Origin: Clostridia bacterium
Lineage (GTDB): Bacteria > Bacillota > Clostridia > TANB77 > CAG-508
DNA: 64,000 bases
Assembly: GCA_900759475.1 (NCBI GenBank)
Contig: CAAEVK010000012.1
Location: forward strand, 75,938 to 139,937
Reading direction: 5' to 3'
Every line of letters begins with the position of its first letter. Position 1 is the stretch's first letter. Both the position numbers and the translations under genes were made by a program. Below the pieces are notes generated by a model. That model was not told the DNA's origin, did not search any database, and saw only the letters and a list, made by a program, of their open reading frames with translations. This document shows positions 1-11,428 of the stretch, in pieces.

Positions 1-3
1 TTC

Positions 4-315
4 TTGTTAGTAACAGTAGTTGGTGCTCCATTAGCTTTTGTACTTGGATTACTTTGTCTTGTACCACTTACAATTGCTAATACACTATCAGTTATTGCTA
101 TTGCTAGCTTATTAGGAAATAAGGTAAAATTATTTGGAAAAGCACATAATCTATTAGCTATTATCCTTGTTTCAACAGTTATTTGGGCATTAGCATTAAT
201 TCCATACTATGTTGGTTTAGCAATTAGTACTCTTGTCATGCTATTTGGTTTAGGATTATTTGCACAATCTATTTTTACCAAGAAAGAAAAAGTAGAAGAT
301 GTTATTAGTGAATAG
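4..315 (+). CDS. C-terminal part of a multi-pass membrane protein (5' end outside window)
   Basis: Open frame from the window edge with hydrophobic TM-like segments. Followed by a hairpin terminator at 332-364. Confidence 0.4.
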   Translation: MLVTVVGAPLAFVLGLLCLVPLTIANTLSVIAIASLLGNKVKLFGKAHNLLAIILVSTVIWALALIPYYVGLAISTLVMLFGLGLFAQSIFTKKEKVEDVISE

Positions 316-331
316 ATTTTAATACAACACT

Positions 332-364
332 AAAAAAGAAATGGTTTTTTACCATTTCTTTTTT
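332..364. terminator. bidirectional rho-independent terminator
   Basis: aaaaaagaaatggt / accatttctttttt hairpin flanked by A- and T-runs, between convergent genes. Confidence 0.6.
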
Positions 365-388
365 AGTGTTGTATTTTTAATATTTTAT

Positions 389-1045
389 CTAATGTTTCAT
401 CTCTTGTATTGTTTCTTTCATATTATTTGAATTAATAATTGCACTTCCTACCACTGCAATATCTATTCCCGCTTCCTTTAGTTTTTCTATATTTTCTAAA
501 TTAATTCCTCCATCTGCCTCAATAAAACATTCCAGCTTGTTTTCTTCTATATATGTTTTTAATTTACTTATTTTAGGAATAGTAGTGTCTATTAGCTTTT
601 GCCCACCATATCCAGGTTCTACTGTCATAACCAGCACTAAACTTATTTTTTCTAAATAAGGATATAACTTTTCTACAGGGGTATCTGGCTTGATAGAAAT
701 TCCTGCTCTACAACCATTTTGTTTAATATATAAAAGTGTATCTTCTAACTGTTTTTCTTTTTCAAAAGCTTCGTAATGTACTGTAATATATGTTGGTTTT
801 AAATCTATATAGTCTTCTATTTGTTCGCGTGGCTTATTTACCATTAAATGTACATCTAATGGTATGTTTGAAATATGTTTAATTGTAGTTGCATATTCTA
901 ACATATGTAACATTGTATTTTGTTCTACAAATTTTCCATCCATTACATCAATATGAAAATAGTCCGTTTTTGCTACTTCTAAATTATAAAACGTTTGAAT
1001 GGCATTTTGTTGTTCTACAGATAAAATTGATGTTGAGATTTCCAT
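389..1045 (-). CDS. rpe: ribulose-phosphate 3-epimerase
   Basis: 218 aa. Conserved Rpe motifs (HxDVMDG, VMTVEPGYGGQ, EADGGIN). Confidence 0.9.
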   Translation of the reverse strand: MEISTSILSVEQQNAIQTFYNLEVAKTDYFHIDVMDGKFVEQNTMLHMLEYATTIKHISNIPLDVHLMVNKPREQIEDYIDLKPTYITVHYEAFEKEKQLEDTLLYIKQNGCRAGISIKPDTPVEKLYPYLEKISLVLVMTVEPGYGGQKLIDTTIPKISKLKTYIEENKLECFIEADGGINLENIEKLKEAGIDIAVVGSAIINSNNMKETIQEMKH

Positions 1046-1209
1046 GTTTTTTCCTCCTATTGGATTTTAAAAAGAACAAAAATCGGAAAATTAAGAGCAG
1101 AATTTGAAAATATTTTTAAACTTTCTTTCAATTAAAACTCTAACTTCCGACTTTTAATTTTTACACGCATATATTGTAATTTCTGTATAGTAAATTTAAA
1201 TGGTATTTT

Positions 1210-3222
1210 TTATGGAATATCTATTGTATTATTAACATTTAAATCTAATGATTTTGTTGCTTTTACAACGCCATCAATTAATACCCTTATGGTAACATTA
1301 CCTATTCCTTGTATAGTAGCTACTACTTTTTCTGTATCTTCACTATGCGATTCCTTGTATAAAACATCCTCATTTACCTTTACCACTACCTCTACCTTTT
1401 TAGGTGTTACTGATGTTCCACTAGTTGAATTTGTATTGTTTGTAGTATTTGTAGTGTTGGTTGATGGTTTTGATGGTTTATAACCTGTTAATTCTTTTAC
1501 ATTAATATTAACTGTTCCACTCTTAATTTCAGGTAATTTATTTACTGTAATAGCAATAGTTGTACCTTCTTCTACTTGTGTTCCACTATCTATATCTTGC
1601 TTAATTACTACCCCATTTGATTTTGTTGTATCTTCTCCTGTTTTTACGCTTACTTTTAATTTTAAATCTTCAATAGCTTTTTTAGCTTCTGCTTCTGTTT
1701 TGCCTAGTACATCTGGTACTGGCACTTTATTTGTTCCCAAACTTACATAAATTGTAACAACACTATCTTTAGCAACCTCTTCATCTTGTTCTGGCTCTTG
1801 TTTAATAACAACTCCTGCTTCTATTTTGTCATTATTTTCTTCTTTTATTTCATATTTTAATCCTGCATTTTCAAGCATTGTAATAGCAGTGTCTTTTTTC
1901 TCACCAGCTACTTTTGGTACTTTTGTTAATTCTACACCTTTGCTTATAGTAATTTTAACAGTACTATTCTCCAAAACTTTATAGTTAGCTGCATATTTAG
2001 GATCTTGTTTTATTACCTTTCCAGCCTCTTGGTCTGCACTAAATTCTTCTGCAATTACTTCATATTTGATATTGGCTTCTTTTGTTAAGTTTTCTACTTC
2101 TTCTATGGTCTTTCCAACAAGGTTTGGTATTTGTACTTGTTTTGGTCTATTGGCATTTGATACAGCAATTGTAATTCCCATTGCTAGTGCAAATATGGCT
2201 ATACATACTAAAATAATAGCAAACACTTTTAACACTTTATGCTTATTAAAAAATGCTACTAATTTATTTTGTTTTTTAGGATTTTTCCTTTCCTCTGGCA
2301 CTCTGTCTGTATCATTTACTTTTTTCTCATAAACAGTATTAATTTTTTGAGTTGGAAAATCATTAGGATATTTGTCTAATACAACAAAATTTCCATCTGG
2401 ATTTTTACTTACTTGTTTTAAGTCTCTTAACATTTCTGTTGCTGTTTGATATCTTACATTTGGATCTTTTTGCATTGCTTTGGTAATAATTTTATTTAAA
2501 GCAATTGGAATTAGTGGATTAATTTTAATTGGCTCAATTGGTTGTTCTTGCATATGTTTTAAAGCAACTGACACAGGTGTGTCTGCATCAAAAGGTACTT
2601 TGCCTGTTAGCATTTCATACATAACAACACCTAATGAATATAAATCTGACTTTGCATCTGTAAAACCACCTCTTGCATGTTCTGGTGAAAAATAATGAAC
2701 AGAGCCAATAGTAGTTCCAAATGCTGTTATTGTTGAATTTGATACTGCCTTTGCAATTCCAAAATCTGTTACCTTTGCTACCCCATCTTCTGTAATAATA
2801 ATATTATGTGGTTTAATGTCCCTATGTATAATATTATTTCTATGGGCTGTTTCTAAAGCAGATGCAATTTGAATTGCTACATTTACTGACCATTTCCAAG
2901 GTAGTGCCCCATCTTCTGTAATAATTTCTTTTAAAGTTTTGCCTTGAATTAGTTCCATAACAATATAATATATATTTCCTTCATTTCCTACATCATAAAT
3001 TGATACAATATTAGGATGGGTTAAACTAGCTGCCGCTTGTGCTTCTGTATTAAATCTTCTGACAAACTCGGCATCTGTTGTAAATTCATCTCTTAATATT
3101 TTTACTGCTACATATCGATTTAGTACATGGCATTTTGCCTTATAAACTGTTGCCATTCCTCCTATTCCAATTTTCTCTAAAATTTCATAACGATTTCCTA
3201 ATAATCTTCCTTCAAAATTCAT
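1210..3222 (-). CDS. prkC: Hanks-type Ser/Thr protein kinase with PASTA repeats
   Basis: 670 aa. N-terminal kinase domain (GIGGMATVYKA, HRDIKPHN, DFGIA), a TM segment, and repeated PASTA-like C-terminal modules. Confidence 0.9.
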   Translation of the reverse strand: MNFEGRLLGNRYEILEKIGIGGMATVYKAKCHVLNRYVAVKILRDEFTTDAEFVRRFNTEAQAAASLTHPNIVSIYDVGNEGNIYYIVMELIQGKTLKEIITEDGALPWKWSVNVAIQIASALETAHRNNIIHRDIKPHNIIITEDGVAKVTDFGIAKAVSNSTITAFGTTIGSVHYFSPEHARGGFTDAKSDLYSLGVVMYEMLTGKVPFDADTPVSVALKHMQEQPIEPIKINPLIPIALNKIITKAMQKDPNVRYQTATEMLRDLKQVSKNPDGNFVVLDKYPNDFPTQKINTVYEKKVNDTDRVPEERKNPKKQNKLVAFFNKHKVLKVFAIILVCIAIFALAMGITIAVSNANRPKQVQIPNLVGKTIEEVENLTKEANIKYEVIAEEFSADQEAGKVIKQDPKYAANYKVLENSTVKITISKGVELTKVPKVAGEKKDTAITMLENAGLKYEIKEENNDKIEAGVVIKQEPEQDEEVAKDSVVTIYVSLGTNKVPVPDVLGKTEAEAKKAIEDLKLKVSVKTGEDTTKSNGVVIKQDIDSGTQVEEGTTIAITVNKLPEIKSGTVNINVKELTGYKPSKPSTNTTNTTNNTNSTSGTSVTPKKVEVVVKVNEDVLYKESHSEDTEKVVATIQGIGNVTIRVLIDGVVKATKSLDLNVNNTIDIP

Positions 3223-3276
3223 TTTTATCTCTCCTTAATATTTATGCCAGAATCTTCATTGGTGTATTTTTTTATT

Positions 3277-4008
3277 TTAATGATTGTCTATAATAATTAC
3301 TGTAATATTGTCTAAGCCCCCATTATTGTTTGCCATTTGAATTAAATTGTCTGCTGCTGTTTCAACATTAGTCATTAATATACCATAAATTTCGTTTTCT
3401 GAAACAAGGTTTGTTAAACCATCTGAACACATTAGAATAATATCATTTTTTAAAAATCCCTTTACCAGTATGTCTGGCTCAACTGTCTCATCACATCCTA
3501 ATGCTTTTGTTAACATGTTCTTTTTAGGATGTGTATAAGATTCTTCTCTTGTAATTGTTCCATCTTTTACTAATTTTTCTACATAACTATGGTCAATTGT
3601 AAGCTTTCTAATAAACTGCTTTCTAATCCTATAAACTCTACTGTCTCCCATATGTCCTATAAAAACTTTATTATTATAAATTATACATACCTCTAACGTT
3701 GTTCCCATTTCAGACAGTTCTTCTTCTGTTTTTGATTTATTATACACAACTTGATTAGCATATTCAATACTTTGTTTGATAAATGCTGCAATAGCTTCCT
3801 TATTTAATTCTATGCTAGAAAAGTGTTCTTTAACATAATTTATAACAGATTGTACGGCTAACCTACTTGCAATTTCTCCTCCATTATAACCACCCATTCC
3901 ATCTGCTAAAACAAACAACTGAATTGGTTCATCTATTTTGGATATGTAATAACTGTCTTGATTCATGCTTCGTGCTTTTCCTATATCGCTTTTTGCAAAT
4001 ACTTTCAT
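3277..4008 (-). CDS. stp: PP2C-family Ser/Thr phosphatase
   Basis: 243 aa. Motifs GKARSMNQD, DGMGG and DNITVI. Sits immediately upstream of prkC as in the Firmicute stp-prkC operon. Confidence 0.9.
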   Translation of the reverse strand: MKVFAKSDIGKARSMNQDSYYISKIDEPIQLFVLADGMGGYNGGEIASRLAVQSVINYVKEHFSSIELNKEAIAAFIKQSIEYANQVVYNKSKTEEELSEMGTTLEVCIIYNNKVFIGHMGDSRVYRIRKQFIRKLTIDHSYVEKLVKDGTITREESYTHPKKNMLTKALGCDETVEPDILVKGFLKNDIILMCSDGLTNLVSENEIYGILMTNVETAADNLIQMANNNGGLDNITVIIIDNH

Positions 4009-5112
4009 TTATTCACCTCATTTTTTAGGTTCTTTCTTCTTAATTGCCCACAAGCTGCATCAATGTCTGAACCTAGTTCTCTTCTAATTGTAGCTGTTAT
4101 TCCATTACTATTTAAATAGTCTCTAAATTGAATTATATTTTCATTTGTGCTTTTCCTAAATTCTCCATCTTCAATTTTATTAATTGGAATTAAATTTACA
4201 TGTGCTAGCATTCCGCTTTAATAGTTTTACTAATTGCTTTGCATCCTCTAAATTGTCGTTATTTTCTTTTGCTAGTGCATATTCAAAAGAAATTCTTCTA
4301 TTAGTTTTTTCTATATAATATTGGCAAGCTTTTATTAATTCCTCAATTGGATAAACTTTATTAATTGGCATCATATAACTTCTTTTTTCATTGTTAGCAC
4401 TGTGTAGCGAAATAGATAATGTACACTGCAATTTTTCATCTGCTAACTGATATATTTTAGGAACAATTCCACTTGTTGAAATACTAATATGTCTTGCTCC
4501 AATATTTAGCCCTTTGGGATGATTAATTATTTTAATAGCATTTACCACATTTTCATAATTATCTAAAGGTTCTCCAATTCCCATAAAAACAATATTGGAA
4601 ATTCTAATTTTTTCTTCTTTTTCAACAGCTAAAATTTGTTCTATAATTTCACCAGAAGTTAAATTTCTAATAAATTGAACTCCTGTTGATGCACAAAATT
4701 TACATCCCATTTTGCAACCAATTTGAGAAGAAACACAAATACTTTTTCCGAATTTATACTGCATTAAAACTGTTTCAATGGCATTACCATCTAATACATC
4801 AAATAAATATTTAATAGTACCATCTTTTGATACTTGTTTTTTTAATATATTAAATTGGTGAAGTTCAAAATTTTCTTTTAGCTTTTCTCTTAAATTTAGT
4901 GATAAGTTCGTCATTTTATCAAAAGTGTTTACCTTTTCTTGGTATAACCATTGAAAAATCTGCTCTCCTCTAAAAGGTTTCTCTTCTAGTTTTGCTAGTT
5001 CTTCTTTTAATTGTTCTAGGTTATAGTCTTTAATATTTTTCTTCAAAATTTCCTCCCTATATTTTGATTTACTTATATCACATAATTTTATTTTTTTCAA
5101 CTTTGATTTCAT
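4005..5112 (-). CDS. rlmN: 23S rRNA (adenine2503-C2)-methyltransferase RlmN, frame broken by one extra C (plus-strand position 4215)
   Basis: Radical-SAM motif CVSSQIGCKMGCKFC. The 310-aa and 68-aa ORFs are consecutive RlmN segments. Sense strand reads AAG-C-GGA (K R N...). Deleting the C gives LLKGMLAHVNLIP and an exact 368-aa product. The true start may be the TTG near 5043 with a GGAGG SD. Confidence 0.8.
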
Positions 5113-5288
5113 TATTTTTTTGCATTAGTAATATTGAAACTTAATTTATATTGATGATATAATAAGAATTTAATGTGGGATTTTTATTATATTACTAGCA
5201 TCATTGCAGTTCCAATTTATATAGAATAAATGCAACAATTAACTTTTATTCATATTTTTTATTTTACCTCATATATTGACTCTATGAG

Positions 5289-6279
5289 GTGATTACTATC
5301 ATGAAAAAATTAGCAATTGTAGGTGCTACTGGTTTGGTTGGTAAAACTGTTTTAAAAGTATTAGAAGAAAGGAATTTGCCTGATTTACAATATACTTTTT
5401 TTGCATCCAGTCGATCTTCTGGTAAAAAAATAAAATTTATGAATACAGATTATATTGTTCGAGAATTAAAGGAAATTTCTTTTAACGAACGGTTTTGATT
5501 TTGCTATTTTTTGTGCTGGTGGAGAAATTTCTCAAAAATTTGCTCCTATCGCTGTAAAAAAAGAATGTATTGTTATTGATAACAGTAGTGTTTTTCGAAT
5601 GGATAATACTGTACCACTTGTTGTTCCAGAAGTAAATTCTATTGATATACTAACACATAGTGGTATTATTGCAAATCCTAATTGTTCTACTATTCAGGCT
5701 GTAGTTGCCTTAAAACCATTGGATAACACTTATAAAATCAGAAGAATCGTTTATTCTACTTATCAATCTGTTTCTGGTGCTGGTCAAGCAGGTTTAAATG
5801 AATTAATCAATACAACCATTGGATTAACTCCACAAAAATTTTCTCATCCCATTTTTAATAACTGCTTACCTCAAATTGATATTCCAAGTGACAATGGGTA
5901 TTATAAAGAAGAAATAAAACTAATACAAGAAACACAAAAAATATTGCATAACCCTAATTTAAAAGTAACTGCAACTGCTGTTAGAGTACCAATTATGAAT
6001 TGCCATTGTGAAGCTGTTAATATAGAATTTGAAAAAAACTTTGATTTAAAAGAGTTAATAAAAATTTTAAAAAATTCCGAAGGAATTATTGTAGTAGATG
6101 ATTTTGAAAATAATGTTTATCCTATTCCTACAGAAATAACAGGAAAGGATTCTGTTTTTATTGGAAGAATTCGCAGAGATTTTAGTGTTCCATTTGGTAT
6201 TAATTTATGGATTGTAGCAGACAATATTCGAAAAGGTGCTGCTACCAATGCTATTCAAATCCTAGAATATTTGTTGTAA
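5289..6279 (+). CDS. asd: aspartate-semialdehyde dehydrogenase, frame broken by one extra C (5490)
   Basis: N-terminal GATGLVGK NAD-binding motif in the 69-aa ORF and the Asd core in the 226-aa ORF. GAA-C-GGT reads E R F stop. Without the C it reads FNEGFDFAIFCAGG and gives a 329-aa product. Confidence 0.8.
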
Positions 6280-6387
6280 TAATAAATATGAATTCTTTTA
6301 CTAGATAATGTTATAACTATATTTTTTAATAAAATTTACATAATTTTTTCAAAAATAAGTATTCTTTCTAAATAGCTGATTTGTATT

Positions 6388-6485
6388 AGAACAATAATAG
6401 TATTTAAATCCATATATCAAATATGTTGGTTCAAGCTAGTTTCCATTCCATATTTTTATATTGATTTAAATACTATTATTGTTCT
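6388..6485. repeat. 23-bp perfect inverted repeat (6388-6410 / 6463-6485) around a 52-nt loop, in the asd / DUF296 intergenic region
   Basis: The reverse complement of tagaacaataatagtatttaaatc is found 52 nt downstream. Confidence 0.6.
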
Positions 6486-6510
6486 TGTAGAAATCATAAA
6501 TTATAGTATA

Positions 6511-6930
6511 TTAAATGTTCAATAAATTAAGTCCTATTTCTTCGTCAAATCTTCTTCCTACTTCACCTGCTATTTTTCGAATAAAAATTTCTCCTGTTGC
6601 AGATATGTTAGCTCTTACTAAATGTCCTCCCTTTACTTGATTGCTTGCATCACTAAAATTAATATGCAAATGTAAATATGTTTCTTTTTCTTTTGTTGTT
6701 GCATTTCCTATTAATGAAGTAATCTCAAACATTCCCTCTATTACTTCGGTTCTGTATTCTTTTGTATTTACATTAAATAACCCTATTTCAACTAAATTAG
6801 CTGCTCCTAATCCTGTTATTTCTGCTAGTAGAATTTTTTCTTCTTTACACAATTTTTTTATACTTTCTACTACTTCTTCATTTTTCTCTAGTCTTAATAC
6901 ATAGGTATCTTCATAATTAATATATTTCAT
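6511..6930 (-). CDS. PPC/DUF296-domain protein
   Basis: 139 aa. Family-like conservation (LHLHINFSDASNQVKGGHL). Confidence 0.55.
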   Translation of the reverse strand: MKYINYEDTYVLRLEKNEEVVESIKKLCKEEKILLAEITGLGAANLVEIGLFNVNTKEYRTEVIEGMFEITSLIGNATTKEKETYLHLHINFSDASNQVKGGHLVRANISATGEIFIRKIAGEVGRRFDEEIGLNLLNI

Positions 6931-6934
6931 AATT

Positions 6935-8569
<1,635 letters not shown>

Positions 8570-8599
8570 CTATTTTTTTATATGTATTAAAGAAAAAAT

Positions 8600-8637
8600 A
8601 GATTAAAAAATATTTCCTCAAAAGAGGTTTTTTTTTA
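8600..8637 (-). terminator. greA terminator
   Basis: cctcaaaagagg hairpin with a flanking T/A run, just 3' of greA. Confidence 0.5.
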
Positions 8638-8749
8638 ATCTACTTTTTAATTTTATCGTCTTTATTATTTTACAACATCATTTTTCAAATTTCAATCATT
8701 TCTGCTGTTTTTATATAATTAATTTGTTATAAAAATTCAGTATTAGTTA

Positions 8750-9226
8750 TTATTTCATAATTGACAATACTTTATATCTCAGAATTCCTGCTGGAGCTAC
8801 AACTTCTACTTCTTGGTTCTTCTTTGCTCCCATTAAAGCTATTCCAATTGGAGATTCGTTTGATATTTTATTTTGTGATAAATCAACCTCTGTTGAACCA
8901 ACAATTGTATACTCTAATTCATCATTATATTCTAAATCCAATAATTTTACTGTATTTCCTACTTGCACTGTTTTTGTGTCAATTTCAGATTCATCTATAA
9001 TTCTGGCATGTCTTAATTTATTTTCTAATTCAACAATTTTTAATTCATTTTCAGCTTGTGCGTTTTTTGCTTCGTCATATTCTGAATTTTCAGATAAATC
9101 TCCAAATCCTAATGCTACTTTAATACGTTCAGCAATTTCAGCTCTTTTTTCTGTTCTTAAATTTTCTAATTCCTTTTCTAAATTATCATAACCAGCTTGT
9201 GTTAATAATATTTCTTTTTCTTCCAT
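8750..9226 (-). CDS. greA: transcription elongation factor GreA
   Basis: 158 aa. GreA coiled-coil N-terminus (RAEIAERIKVA, GDLSENSEYD) and C-terminal FKBP-like domain. Confidence 0.9.
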   Translation of the reverse strand: MEEKEILLTQAGYDNLEKELENLRTEKRAEIAERIKVALGFGDLSENSEYDEAKNAQAENELKIVELENKLRHARIIDESEIDTKTVQVGNTVKLLDLEYNDELEYTIVGSTEVDLSQNKISNESPIGIALMGAKKNQEVEVVAPAGILRYKVLSIMK

Positions 9227-9367
9227 TTTGTCTACCTCCCAGTATATATAGAAAAAGGCTTCCTTAACAGGATTCCCCTTTCTTTACTCTTTATTTTTTA
9301 AGCATTGTTTGCTTTTCTTACTAATATTAGTTGAATATTTTGATTTTGTCAAGTATTGTATATGAAT

Positions 9368-10192
9368 TTATTGTGAAATTTTGTATTCTCGGTTTTGTAT
9401 TATTCCATTCTTTCCCATGAGATAATCTATTTGGCTTTTATTTTCTTTTATTTTAGTTAAAATATTATCATAATTATCTTTACCATATAAAATACTTTCG
9501 TATAAAATATTATGGTCAAATTCTTCTAACATATGATATTGTTCAAAAATTTCTATATATTCTTTTGGTAATCTAATCTTATAATTAATAATATTTACTC
9601 CTGAAAATTTTTTAGAATATATTTTAATTTCTTCGTTAATATTTAGTATTATAGCTTTATAAGGTAAATTATATTGATTAACTTCTTCTTCTGTAAAGTC
9701 TAAATTAATAATAATATTAGATTTTTTTAGTGCTTTTTTCTTATTATTCGTAATTGTTATCATTATTCCTAATTTACTATATAAATATTCCTCTATTGGT
9801 TTAAATTGATTAAAATGATTTGTTATTATATTCATGTGTTTTACTTTTTGTGACAATTGAATAATATTTTTTAAATTTGTTTCTGAATTGTCATTTGTCA
9901 TTATTGCAATTTCTTGTTCTTGTATAGGAACTTTTTGTTGATTTACAATATAATTAAGAGATGCCTCTAATAAATAATTCCATAACCATTTTCCATCTAG
10001 TATATTGGTATTTTTTTGATACAATTGATTTTTAAATTCTTCTATTTGATATAATTCTTTTGATAAAACTACGTTTGTTCTTGGAATTTGAATAAGATGT
10101 TTAGTTATTTTTTTTAGTTTTTTATAATTTTGTTTTTTCTCAAATGGTAGTATCAATAGTGTATCTTTTCCGTATTTTCTTTTCTGCAACAA
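9368..10192 (-). CDS. hypothetical protein (Lys/Asn-rich)
   Basis: 274-aa ORF with no recognisable motif. Confidence 0.4.
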   Translation of the reverse strand: MLQKRKYGKDTLLILPFEKKQNYKKLKKITKHLIQIPRTNVVLSKELYQIEEFKNQLYQKNTNILDGKWLWNYLLEASLNYIVNQQKVPIQEQEIAIMTNDNSETNLKNIIQLSQKVKHMNIITNHFNQFKPIEEYLYSKLGIMITITNNKKKALKKSNIIINLDFTEEEVNQYNLPYKAIILNINEEIKIYSKKFSGVNIINYKIRLPKEYIEIFEQYHMLEEFDHNILYESILYGKDNYDNILTKIKENKSQIDYLMGKNGIIQNREYKISQ

Positions 10193-10490
10193 TAGTAAAA
10201 ACTTTTTTAATTATATAAATAAAATGGTTTTTTGCAATTTCATTTTCATAGTTTACGTTTTTTATATAAATCATTTGTATTTACCTCCCACAGTTTGTAC
10301 ATTATATGGAAGTAAATTCTGTTTTATTACTATTTATAATTCTTTTATTTAAAAACAGTTTATACAAAATAATATTTCAGACAAAAGTTAGTTTTCAGTA
10401 ATATAAAAAAATAATATATTTTATATGTTCTTAAATATTAAAATAAAAACTCTTTCATTTTTTCATTTGATATCATATATATTTTACAAT

Positions 10491-10522
10491 TTGACATATT
10501 ACTTAAATTATGATAAAATAAT
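10491..10522 (+). promoter_or_regulatory. sigma-A-type promoter (TTGACA-N17-TAAAAT) upstream of the DUF4097 gene
   Basis: Hexamers read directly, with spacing. Confidence 0.45.
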
Positions 10523-10605
10523 TATATTCACACCAATTGGTGTTTTTTATATAGTCCCCTTTTTTAGCAACCTATGTACAAAACAAATTTGAAGGAGGAT
10601 TAACA

Positions 10606-11376
10606 GTGGGTATCTTAAAAAAACTGTTTCTTGTTATCTTCGTTGCTCTTATTGTGCTTGTAAATGGGCTGGCATCTGCTTCAAGCATTTCTGTTGGTGG
10701 CAATATTATTGTTAATGGTAGTATCTATAACAATAGTGTTGTTCAAAGTATCGACATCAATCAAACAGTAGATATTTCGAACTACAAGGGAATTCAAAAT
10801 ATCTATGTAGAGCAACTTTATGGAAGTGTAGAATTCCGGGAAAGCACATGTAACAATATTCGGTTGGTTTTGAAAGGTTCTTCTTCATGCCAATTGTATA
10901 TTGACACATATGTAGCAGAAGATTATCTGGAAGTCTGTGTAAGTACTGAAAAACAAAACTTCAGTTTTGATGGAACATTATACATATATGTTCCATCTGA
11001 CTTAAAACCATCTGTTGATTTGATTACTGTTAGTGGTGATGTTTTATTGCATGATGAAAATATGGAATTTTCTTCATTGGGATTCCAATCAACATCCGGA
11101 AATGTCGAAATTCATAGTGCATTTCAATCATGCATAGTTGAAACAGTTTCTGGAAATATTAATTTGGCACCTTGTGTTCAAAAGAATGTGCAAATTGTTG
11201 CATATTCTATCAGTGGGGATATTTCTATTGAGCTAACTTCGTTTGGCAACTCTGTTTTTAAATGCCAAACTATTTCTGGAAACATTGTCAACAATTATAC
11301 CACTTCTAGCAGTGATAATGGATTTACTGCAGAAGTCACCGCATCTACCGTCAGTGGAAACGTATTAATCAGGTAA
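10606..11376 (+). CDS. secreted DUF4097-like beta-helix protein (putative adhesin)
   Basis: Signal peptide, then repeated (T/V/I)SG(N/D)(V/I) units (TSGNVEIH, VSGNINL, ISGDISIE, ISGNIV, VSGNVLIR). Confidence 0.6.
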   Translation: MGILKKLFLVIFVALIVLVNGLASASSISVGGNIIVNGSIYNNSVVQSIDINQTVDISNYKGIQNIYVEQLYGSVEFRESTCNNIRLVLKGSSSCQLYIDTYVAEDYLEVCVSTEKQNFSFDGTLYIYVPSDLKPSVDLITVSGDVLLHDENMEFSSLGFQSTSGNVEIHSAFQSCIVETVSGNINLAPCVQKNVQIVAYSISGDISIELTSFGNSVFKCQTISGNIVNNYTTSSSDNGFTAEVTASTVSGNVLIR

Positions 11377-11380
11377 CCCC

Positions 11381-11426
11381 AAAAAGCAAGCCATTCTTCT
11401 TTTTAGATGAACGGCTTGCTTTTTTA
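11381..11426. terminator. bidirectional terminator between the DUF4097 gene and dnaE
   Basis: aagcaagcc...ggcttgctttttt hairpin with flanking A/T runs. Confidence 0.5.
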
Positions 11427-11428
11427 TA

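Noticed and set aside
1046-1209. Absence of rsgA/cpgA between prkC and rpe
   Set aside because: Gene order varies among Firmicutes. There is no remnant ORF here, so this is not evidence of a deletion or disruption.
1289-2695. Several 60-90-aa plus-strand ORFs inside prkC, and similar overlapping ORFs in pyrG, dnaE, rnj, GspE and others
   Set aside because: These are shadow ORFs in AT-rich DNA fully contained in well-supported genes on the opposite strand.
5113-5288. Possible lysine (L-box) riboswitch upstream of asd
   Set aside because: The leader is about 140 nt and lacks the conserved L-box elements.
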